DNA from: Bacteroidales bacterium
Lineage (GTDB): Bacteria; Bacteroidota; Bacteroidia; Bacteroidales; JAIOZK01
Assembly: GCA_021738625.1 (NCBI GenBank)
Contig: JAIPBS010000015.1
Coordinates: 1 to 64,000 of the forward strand
Direction: 5' to 3'
DNA: 64,000 nucleotides
Part shown: in pieces, positions 40,062 to 48,347 of the stretch
How the letters are laid out: each line of letters starts with the position of its first letter
Position numbering within the stretch: position 1 is the first letter of the stretch
Made by a program: the position numbers and the translations under genes
The notes under the pieces: generated by a model
Told to the model about the DNA's origin: nothing
Database searches by the model: none
What the model saw: the letters and a program-made list of their open reading frames with translations, nothing else

Positions 40062-41843
40062 TCATTCAGCATATGTTTTGGGTAGTGAGAAAGAAAAGCA
40101 GGCGCCCAGTCCGGGTTTGGCTTCCGCTTTCACCTCGCCTCCATGTTTTTTAACAATGCGTTTAACAAGCGCCAACCCAACGCCGGTTCCTTCAAATTGA
40201 TCGACTGTATGCAGACGTTGAAAAACATTAAAGAGCTTATCAACATATTTCATATCGAAGCCGACACCGTTGTCTTTGACTGAAATCCAGTGGTAAGCGT
40301 CGTTTTCTTCTGCCTTTATTTTTATTTGGGATTCACTTTCATTCCTTGTAAATTTAACGGCATTGGATATTAGGTTGAATAACACCTGCCTGATCAGATT
40401 TTCATCCCCTTCAACTTTCGGGAGAGGCGCTATATCAAAACTTAATTTTCTCTCTGCAGTTTCCTTGCTGACCTCATTTACAACATCATGCGTAATGCTT
40501 TGCAGGTCCAGCTTTCTTTTTTTCAGTTTTTTTCTTCCTGCTCTTGAAAAGTCCAGCAGATCCTGGATCAGATCGCCCATTTTCTGGGTATTTTCCCGCA
40601 CAATACGGAGGTACCTTTTTCCGTCTTCATTCAGTTTATCGGTATAATCTTCGAGCAAGATTTGAGAAAATCCGTCAATGGCCCTAAGGGGAGCCTTCAG
40701 GTCGTGGCTAACCGAATAGGAAAAAGCTTCCAGTTCCTTATTCACCTCTTCCAGCTTTTTGTTGATCCTGTTCATTGCTTCCCGGCTTTCATTCACATCT
40801 TCCAGCAAATAGGTCAGTGCCAACTGAGACTTTTCCAGGTCTTCTTTTTGATTTTTCAGTTCGCTTGTTCTTTTGTTAACGACCTGTTCGAGGTCCTTCG
40901 AGTAATCTTCAATTTTTTGTGCAGCTTTTTTCCGTTCAGAGATATCCCTTGCGACAATTAAAACATCATCTTCCTTGTTTTCACTTCTCATAATGGAAGA
41001 ACTAACCTCAACAGGTATATAGTCACCATCGGAATTAATGAATACCGATTCATACAAAAAAATTGCCTTTTCGTCTTTCATTCTTTTTTGTTGCCGGGCA
41101 ATGGTTTTCTTTCTGTATGAGGGCGCCACATAATCCATCACATTTGAACCGATCACATTGTGGGGGCCTTTACCGATCAGGTTCAAACCAGCCTGGTTTA
41201 AATATTTTATTTCGCCCTTGAGGCCGTGTATGCAGATGATATCACGGGCAGTTTCGGTGAGCAATCTATATCTGCGTTCGCTGGTTTTCAGGGCATTTTC
41301 CGCTTCCCTTACCTTTGTAATATCCTGGCCGAACTCGGCAACACCTATGATCCCGCCATTTTTATTTTTCACGGGTACGGATTTAAAACGATATATTTTC
41401 TCCCCTACCTTGACTTCTCTGTAATTTGTTTTTTTATTTTCCAGGGATTCCAACACGTGACAATTCCAGCAATGCGCATCCTGCCCTTCACGCCACACCG
41501 TATAGCAAATTTCTCCAATGCATTTATGAGCACGGTGCCCCAGATAATTAACTGCTGCCTGGTTGAGTATTTTAATCCTCAAATCCTTATCGTAATAGAA
41601 AAACAGATCATCAAGCGAATCTAAAATCCGGCTTCGCTCCGTCTCCAATCGTTCAAGCTTTTCATTCATCTGCCAAATGATGTCATAGCTATTTTCATAA
41701 ATCAACCTGATGTTTTCTTCTTTGTATTCAGGTTCTGTTCCCTTTTCGGATTCCAGCCCGGCATTCTCTTGCAGTTCAATAATTTTAGAAATCAACTGCT
41801 TTTTTGTAAGCTTGTAGTAACGTCTTATTTTTGCTTCGTCCAT
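40062..41843 (-). CDS. Multi-PAS sensor histidine kinase with a Cys/His-rich PAS insert
   Basis: PAS domains, HisKA (SVSHDLKAPLR), HATPase. The first PAS carries C108..C113..H124-C125-W-N-C128-H129 (CxxCH). Confidence 0.85.
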   Translation of the reverse strand: MDEAKIRRYYKLTKKQLISKIIELQENAGLESEKGTEPEYKEENIRLIYENSYDIIWQMNEKLERLETERSRILDSLDDLFFYYDKDLRIKILNQAAVNYLGHRAHKCIGEICYTVWREGQDAHCWNCHVLESLENKKTNYREVKVGEKIYRFKSVPVKNKNGGIIGVAEFGQDITKVREAENALKTSERRYRLLTETARDIICIHGLKGEIKYLNQAGLNLIGKGPHNVIGSNVMDYVAPSYRKKTIARQQKRMKDEKAIFLYESVFINSDGDYIPVEVSSSIMRSENKEDDVLIVARDISERKKAAQKIEDYSKDLEQVVNKRTSELKNQKEDLEKSQLALTYLLEDVNESREAMNRINKKLEEVNKELEAFSYSVSHDLKAPLRAIDGFSQILLEDYTDKLNEDGKRYLRIVRENTQKMGDLIQDLLDFSRAGRKKLKKRKLDLQSITHDVVNEVSKETAERKLSFDIAPLPKVEGDENLIRQVLFNLISNAVKFTRNESESQIKIKAEENDAYHWISVKDNGVGFDMKYVDKLFNVFQRLHTVDQFEGTGVGLALVKRIVKKHGGEVKAEAKPGLGACFSFSLPKTYAE

Positions 41844-41870
41844 TTGTTCTGAAAAACCTCTCTTTATTAT

Positions 41871-43394
41871 CTAATCCGTATCATTATCTTTACTTGTTCC
41901 CAACTGAGATTCAAGCTTTTTCATTCGTTCTTTAAGTTCATTAATCCTGAATTCCCTGTCAACAAACAGCTTATTGAAATGCTTGAGTTCCTTATTTTTC
42001 TCCACAAGGCTATTGTTTGCTTGTTCTAATTCTGCGGTTCTTTCACGAACCAGTTCCTCCAGCTTCTCTTTATGTTGCTGAACCTCTTCCTTTGCCATGT
42101 GAAGTTCTGTAACATCCATAACCGTTGAAACCATGGTGTTTTGATCGAACAATGGAATATTGACTGCATTGATAAACCGTTTATTACCATCTTTTGTTGT
42201 GGCTACAATATTCTCCCAGTGCATGCGGGAGGGATCACCGGAGGCAACATCTTGTTTTACCTGGGCTGCAATCTTTTCCCTGTAAGTCCTATCAGGATAT
42301 GCTTTTTCAAAAAAACTATTGATATCTTTCAAATCTTCTCTAGGCCAGCCGTATATTTCAGAAAACTTATCATTAATATAGGTGGCGATTCCTTCATCAA
42401 ACTCATTCAATGCAAGGCCAATAGGAAGATTGTCAAGCACGGTTTCAACAAATTGATTTTGCTTTTCGAGAGCCAATTTTACCTTAACCCTTTCAGTAAC
42501 ATCCTGCACCGTTCCGGTTATTATTGTCACTTTACCGGATTTATTCTTAACCGGTGTTCCTATGGCATGATAATAAGCTATTTTTCCATTAGGCAAATTA
42601 ACGCTTAAATCAATGTCGTAAGGCTTTGATTTCGTTACAGCGTTGCTGATGCATTTTTCAAGCGCCTTCACATCTGTGGGACTATGATAAGCCATCACCT
42701 CCTTGTAATCAGGCGGACCCAGTTTGGGATCGCGTTCATACAATTCATACATCATATCGGCCCACCATACCTTGCCTTTCTCAACATCAAATTCCACATG
42801 TCCGATCCGGGCAATTCTCTGAGCTTCACTGAGTCTTCTTTCGTTTTCCTGCAAAGCTATATCAGCATTTTTCTTATCAATGACCAAAGAGGCATGCTGA
42901 ATAAACGCTTCTATTTCACCGAAATTTGATGTATCGGTTTGTGGCTTGGTGAGTATGCTGATATTGGCAAATACCTTTGCGTTTCTTCTAATTGCCATGC
43001 AATACAATTCTTCCAACGACAGCAGTTTTTTCACCTTTTCGGCACTTGATTTATTGATCTTATTTCCGAAAAACAAAGGAAGGTTCAACTCCACCTTCAC
43101 CAATTTACCTTTGATGATCTCATAGTAAAAATCCGTTTTGATCTTCCCCCTGATCTTCCTGAAATCGAAACCCAGGAGATCGATAACTTTATGCATTTGA
43201 TTGCCGACGCCTTTGATCGCATGCAATTTCCAGAAATCATCTTCCGTATCATAATCAACAAGGGTCACAATGCCTCGACCACCCATCATCCGGTATATCT
43301 CCTCAACCAGATATTTGTACACCTCATCAATGGAACTTAACTCCTGCAAATAGAGGATTGTTTTGCCTAAATCAATATGATCGGTTTTGCCCAT
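41871..43394 (-). CDS. Kinase-less GAF/PAS signalling protein with C-terminal coiled coil
   Basis: GAF-like N-terminus, two PAS domains, no H-box or ATPase. C-terminus ...LVRERTAELEQANNSLVEKNKELKHFNKLFVDREFRINELKERMKKLE. Confidence 0.75.
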   Translation of the reverse strand: MGKTDHIDLGKTILYLQELSSIDEVYKYLVEEIYRMMGGRGIVTLVDYDTEDDFWKLHAIKGVGNQMHKVIDLLGFDFRKIRGKIKTDFYYEIIKGKLVKVELNLPLFFGNKINKSSAEKVKKLLSLEELYCMAIRRNAKVFANISILTKPQTDTSNFGEIEAFIQHASLVIDKKNADIALQENERRLSEAQRIARIGHVEFDVEKGKVWWADMMYELYERDPKLGPPDYKEVMAYHSPTDVKALEKCISNAVTKSKPYDIDLSVNLPNGKIAYYHAIGTPVKNKSGKVTIITGTVQDVTERVKVKLALEKQNQFVETVLDNLPIGLALNEFDEGIATYINDKFSEIYGWPREDLKDINSFFEKAYPDRTYREKIAAQVKQDVASGDPSRMHWENIVATTKDGNKRFINAVNIPLFDQNTMVSTVMDVTELHMAKEEVQQHKEKLEELVRERTAELEQANNSLVEKNKELKHFNKLFVDREFRINELKERMKKLESQLGTSKDNDTD

Positions 43395-43541
43395 AATGTA
43401 TTAATCATTGTTTTGTTAACATCTCATTTATACTGAATCTTATTGAAAAAGCAAAGCATTTTCTGTTAGATTCAGTTATACCGATGGAAGCATAAGGTCA
43501 ATCATTGAAAACCTGTCCCGAATCGGTATAATTTAGGCAGA

Positions 43542-46500
43542 TCATTCCTGCACTTTTTTCTCCAGTTCCTTCACTTTCTCACGCAACTCCTTAATCCTGA
43601 TTTCACGGCCCACGAACAATTTATTCATCCGTTCAACTTCTTTGTGTTTGTCTTCAATTTCCGCGGTTCGTTCCTTAACAAGATCTTCCAGATGCTGTCT
43701 GTGCTTATCCAATTCGTTTCGTATTTCAATATCTTTTGTCACATCCCTGAGTATTGAAACCATGCCAATGATCTCTCCTTCATAGTTTTTAACTGCCGAA
43801 GAAACAACCTCGCCAATGAATGCATTGTTTTTAGCAGTTTTCATATGATAGCGGTTAATACCAAGGAATTCACCCTTCATAATGCTGCTTACATTGCGTT
43901 TGGCAAAGTCCTGATCTCGGTCATCAATCCAATCATTAAGGTGAGTCCCAATAATTTTCTCCTGATTTGTTTTAAGGATTTTTCCCATATTCGGTGAAAC
44001 AAACTCAATTTCACCCCTGAGGTTTGAAAAGGTGATGGAATCAGGACTGGCTAAAACAAGTGATTTATACAATTCTTCACTTTCGGCCAGGGCCATGGTT
44101 GCCTTTTTTCGTTTCGTGATATCAGTTAAACCACCAACAATGGCAATTGTCTTTCCATTTCTTACCAGCGGGGCCTCATGTACCTCAACCCAAACCTTTT
44201 TTCCATTTTTATGCCTTAATTCCAGTTGGTAGGTTGGCTGTGGTTCGGCTTTCTCAATAGCCTTCACGGTTAAACCATATCCTATTTCATTAATGGGATT
44301 TTCTGTTGCAAGATCCATCCAGACTTCCGGGATCTCTTTTGGGGTATATCCCAGAATATCTTCAACTTGCGGACTCACATAGGTTAGTTTATGATCGGTG
44401 GTATGGCTGTAAAACATATTGGTGCTGTGCTCAATGATATTGCGAAGCTTTTCTTCACTCTCTTTAAGCTCCCGTTCGGCTTTTTTTCTTTCCGAAATAT
44501 CTGTATGCGTTCCCACCACGCGGATCGCCTTGCCGTTTTCATCGAAAACAGCTTCGGCTTTGGAGAGTATGTCCACCCAATGCCCCTCTTTATGTTTCAT
44601 TTTGAACTCCATCTCAAAACGATCTCTTTTGCCGGCTAAATGCTCTTTCAGCATTTCCCATGATTTCTTTGCATCCTCAGGATTAGTCAGTGTTTCCCAA
44701 ACCGAAAAACTGTTTTCCAGCTCATCTTGAGCATAGCCCAACATACCTTTCCAGCGGGGGGAATAATATATTTCATTGGTTTCAAGGTTCCAGTCGTATA
44801 GTCCGTCATTTGCAGCATTCATGGCCAGGTTAAAACGCTCCTCACTTTCCTTAATTTGTCTTTGGGCTTCCAGCTTCTCGGTGATTTCCAAGAACATCAC
44901 TGCAACAATCATGGGGGAGGTTTGGAAGGCATACACCTCAAAAGCCCCCTTAATTCCTTCATGGTCATAGTCGATCTGATCGGTAAACCAGGAACGGCCA
45001 GTCCGGGCAATTTCCCGGTATATTTCCGGCACTTTGGTTTCGATAAGCCCCGGGAATGCTTCTTCTATGGTTTTCCCGACAAACCGGCTGCAATCCGTTT
45101 CCAGCATAGCATTGCCGGCTTCGTTGTAGCCAGTGAATAATAGGCGGTCGTTGTCCCGAAGCTCATAGGTCAGCGTGCCCATGGGTGTTGATTCGATGAT
45201 GTTTCTGAAGCGTTTCTCGCTTTCTTTTAAAGCCTCTTCGTAATTTTTTCTTTCAACAATCTCACCAATCAGTTGCGCCGATGTTGCCAGCCTTTCTTTT
45301 GCCAAATCAATGATAAATGCGGGACGCGTTTCATATTTTTCCGATTTCTCCTTTAAACGCTCGAATGAAACCTGATACTTTTCAGCAATTTTCTTCAATT
45401 CCGCATCATCTTTGGGCGGATCGCCATATCCAAAATTGATCGCTCCGATCACCTTTTTATTGGCAAGGATTGGAATGGCATAAAGATTCAACCCTCCGGC
45501 GCATTCAATATCGACAGCCTTCTGTTTTTCCATACATTGCAAAGAAGCATCCTTCCAACAGGATTCATGACAATGCCATTTTCCCGAATCGAGGGCTTCC
45601 TTGTTGTTGCATCCTTGACAAAGATTCCTGGAAGCCTCATCCATAAAACTGCACCATTCAGAAGAGAAAATCCCAACCGCATAATCTCCGTTTATCTCAT
45701 AAACCGCTGCCGAAGTCTCCAGTAAATCCAGGTAATCGGAAACGATTTCATTCAGCATTTTTTCACCGACAGCCTCAAGGATGGTACGTTGGGTATTGAG
45801 TTTTCTCAGATCGCCATATGCCGGGATATGCGGTTCTTTTTTCTTTGATTTGGGGTTAAGCAGCCACTCGATCTTTTTCAGCTCTTTTTCGGCCATATGT
45901 TTTTCGGTGATATCTTCCCCTGAGCTAAGGGTTCCTGTTATCTCACCATTTTCTCCCTGCAACAGGCTGTTATGCCATGCAATCATTCTTATTTCGCCGC
46001 TCCGGGATACAACAAAGTTTTCGACATACTCAAGCTGTTCGAGTTTCCCTTTCATGATGTCGTTGAAAACATCCTTTATTTTGGAGATATTATCTTTTAG
46101 TAAAAAGCTATCAAACCAGTTCTTGCCAACGATCTCATCCTCGCTGTAACCCAGTATTTCTGCTGCCTTTTTATTCGCCAGGGTTACAATGCCTTCCTGG
46201 TTGATCGCGACAAACATCACTCCTGCCACATCAAGATAATGTTGAGCGCGGTTTCTCTCAATTTTAAGCTGCTCATTTGTCTTTAGGATCAGCTCATTAC
46301 GTTCGGCCAGTTCTTCGTTTTGGGTTTGAAGTTCTTCATTTTGGGTAGCGATCTCTTCGTTCTTTTCCTGAATGATCTCTTCCGATCTTTTCGCTTCGGT
46401 AATATCTCTCCAAATGGTATATATACTTTGATCGGGAGCTGTGGGCAGGTATGTAAGGGAAACATCAATCCAGCGCTCTTTGTTGTTTTTGTCGGTATGC

Positions 46501-47441
46501 AACCATTCAAACCGCTGATAACCCTTTTTTATCGCATCACGAATGTAAGCTTTTGCCTTTTTTTGTGAATCTTCTCCATCGGCCTGCTTGGGAGGAGATA
46601 CCTCCCATGGTTTTTTCCCGACAATCTCTTCATAATCTTTATAACCCAAAAAATCCAGGGCGGCCTGATTTGCCTCCACAAATTGATCTCCCTGCAACAT
46701 TAGGCTTGGATCGGTTGATTCTTCAAATAGCAAGCGATATCTCTTTTCGCTTTTTTGAAGTTTCACATATAAATCCTCAAGTTCTTCATTGGTTTGTCTC
46801 AGCTCTTCATTGATGGCCTGAAACTCATGGTTTTGCTTATCTAACCTTCTATTCTGTTTTTGTATTCTTTCATTTTTTCTTTTAAGGTCAAGCTGTGTGT
46901 TTTTTAACTGGCTGATATCCGTGATAACAAGCATGATCCGGTCGGCATAATGAAGGTCGTTTAAATGTCTGGCACTGATCCTGACATGAACCCGTAGGTT
47001 GTGGTGGTTTAATAGATCAACTTCCAGACTGGCATCTCCTTTCTTTTCAACCAGGCTTTTTAAAAGCCTGTAAAAGTCATCCTGGTCATCGGGATGAACA
47101 AAGCTAGAAAAGGGCTGCGACAGCAGGCGGGAACGTTCAAGCTCTAACAGATCAACTGTTGCCAGGTTGGAGTTGGTTATCCGAAGGTTCTTGTCGAGGG
47201 TAATTAAAGATTCGGGTGAAAACTCAAACAGATCGTTGTATTTCTCTTTTTCAATATGGTGGTTTTCTTCAGACTTTCTGAGTTCTTCGTTTTGAAGATC
47301 CATTTCAATTTGATAAACATTGAGTTCTTCTATCAGTCTTTCCAGTTTGTGGGCGTATTTTCTGAAGTTTTCCACCCGGCCTCTTTCCTGAAGAAGCTTT
47401 TCGACCTTTTGCCGGAGTTGATTGGTTTTGCTTGAAGGCAT
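43542..47441 (-). CDS. Kinase-less multi-PAS/GAF signalling protein (1299 aa) with cysteine-rich sensory insert and C-terminal coiled coil
   Basis: At least seven PAS-like modules and a GAF/PocR-like module containing seven Cys and two His in about 50 aa (EWCSF..LCQGCNN..WHCHESC..LQC..IEC). No HisKA or HATPase. C-terminus ...LVKERTAEIEDKHKEVERMNKLFVGREIRIKELREKVKELE. Confidence 0.75.
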   Translation of the reverse strand: MPSSKTNQLRQKVEKLLQERGRVENFRKYAHKLERLIEELNVYQIEMDLQNEELRKSEENHHIEKEKYNDLFEFSPESLITLDKNLRITNSNLATVDLLELERSRLLSQPFSSFVHPDDQDDFYRLLKSLVEKKGDASLEVDLLNHHNLRVHVRISARHLNDLHYADRIMLVITDISQLKNTQLDLKRKNERIQKQNRRLDKQNHEFQAINEELRQTNEELEDLYVKLQKSEKRYRLLFEESTDPSLMLQGDQFVEANQAALDFLGYKDYEEIVGKKPWEVSPPKQADGEDSQKKAKAYIRDAIKKGYQRFEWLHTDKNNKERWIDVSLTYLPTAPDQSIYTIWRDITEAKRSEEIIQEKNEEIATQNEELQTQNEELAERNELILKTNEQLKIERNRAQHYLDVAGVMFVAINQEGIVTLANKKAAEILGYSEDEIVGKNWFDSFLLKDNISKIKDVFNDIMKGKLEQLEYVENFVVSRSGEIRMIAWHNSLLQGENGEITGTLSSGEDITEKHMAEKELKKIEWLLNPKSKKKEPHIPAYGDLRKLNTQRTILEAVGEKMLNEIVSDYLDLLETSAAVYEINGDYAVGIFSSEWCSFMDEASRNLCQGCNNKEALDSGKWHCHESCWKDASLQCMEKQKAVDIECAGGLNLYAIPILANKKVIGAINFGYGDPPKDDAELKKIAEKYQVSFERLKEKSEKYETRPAFIIDLAKERLATSAQLIGEIVERKNYEEALKESEKRFRNIIESTPMGTLTYELRDNDRLLFTGYNEAGNAMLETDCSRFVGKTIEEAFPGLIETKVPEIYREIARTGRSWFTDQIDYDHEGIKGAFEVYAFQTSPMIVAVMFLEITEKLEAQRQIKESEERFNLAMNAANDGLYDWNLETNEIYYSPRWKGMLGYAQDELENSFSVWETLTNPEDAKKSWEMLKEHLAGKRDRFEMEFKMKHKEGHWVDILSKAEAVFDENGKAIRVVGTHTDISERKKAERELKESEEKLRNIIEHSTNMFYSHTTDHKLTYVSPQVEDILGYTPKEIPEVWMDLATENPINEIGYGLTVKAIEKAEPQPTYQLELRHKNGKKVWVEVHEAPLVRNGKTIAIVGGLTDITKRKKATMALAESEELYKSLVLASPDSITFSNLRGEIEFVSPNMGKILKTNQEKIIGTHLNDWIDDRDQDFAKRNVSSIMKGEFLGINRYHMKTAKNNAFIGEVVSSAVKNYEGEIIGMVSILRDVTKDIEIRNELDKHRQHLEDLVKERTAEIEDKHKEVERMNKLFVGREIRIKELREKVKELEKKVQE

Positions 47442-47606
47442 AACGATGGTTCTTTATAATAATGCCAACCATGCCAACCATGTAAAATCAACAGGACATG
47501 GGCGCATGGGAAGATTTACTTTTACATCAAAGATAAAGAATTAAATCAGTTATGTAAATAGGTAAATTACCTAATTATAAGTTGTTGAACCAAAAGAACA
47601 ATTGGA

Positions 47607-48335
47607 TTAAATCAAAAAGCTCAGATCGCTTCTGGGCTCAAATTCTTTAGGCTCCTCACCAAACTTAAACAACCTCAGGGGTTTTGCACCGCCCAATGTA
47701 ATTTTGCCATCCTCGACAAGCAGGTAGGAACTTTCCCGTAAACCGGCTACGGTGATCTCCCGGTTCACCACCAGGAATTCCTCAATCCGTTGCTGCCTGG
47801 TTTCGCCTGCATGACCGTCAGGATTTGCATCCAGATAATGAGGATTGATCTGGAAGGGGATCAGGTTGAAACAACCGAAGTTTTCGGGCTCGATAATAGG
47901 CATGTCGTTGGTTGTTCGCAAACTGGGGCAGGCCACGTTTGAACCGGCGCTCCAACCCATATAAGGGGTGCCCTCCAAAACTTTTTCACGAATGGCTTTC
48001 ATCAGCCCGAGCTTATGAAGCATATAAACCAGGTAAAAGGTATTGCCTCCTCCAACAGCAATGGCTTCGGCATCTTCAACCGCCCGTATGGGATTCTCGA
48101 ACTTATGTATCGAATATAGGTCGTAGCCGATTTCGCTGTAAACCGCTTTTACTTTCTTTTCGTATGCATCGAAGGAATGTTCCAGGCTTTCGTCAGAGAG
48201 CCCAACTCCCGCAAAGGGGATAAAAAGCACACTTCTTGCTTCCGTTCCGTTGAGGAATTCTTTAATGGCCTCCCGGGGCCAACCCAGGTATTCTTCTCCT
48301 GCATTCGTAGAATTACTGATCAATAACAATTTCAT
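47607..48335 (-). CDS. pepE: Dipeptidase E (peptidase S51)
   Basis: Collinear with E. coli PepE (LLLISNST...FIPFAG...VGGGNTF...GWSAGSNVACP..TTNDMPI..FQINPH..GHAGETR). Confidence 0.85.
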   Translation of the reverse strand: MKLLLISNSTNAGEEYLGWPREAIKEFLNGTEARSVLFIPFAGVGLSDESLEHSFDAYEKKVKAVYSEIGYDLYSIHKFENPIRAVEDAEAIAVGGGNTFYLVYMLHKLGLMKAIREKVLEGTPYMGWSAGSNVACPSLRTTNDMPIIEPENFGCFNLIPFQINPHYLDANPDGHAGETRQQRIEEFLVVNREITVAGLRESSYLLVEDGKITLGGAKPLRLFKFGEEPKEFEPRSDLSFLI

Positions 48336-48347
48336 AATGTTTTCCTT

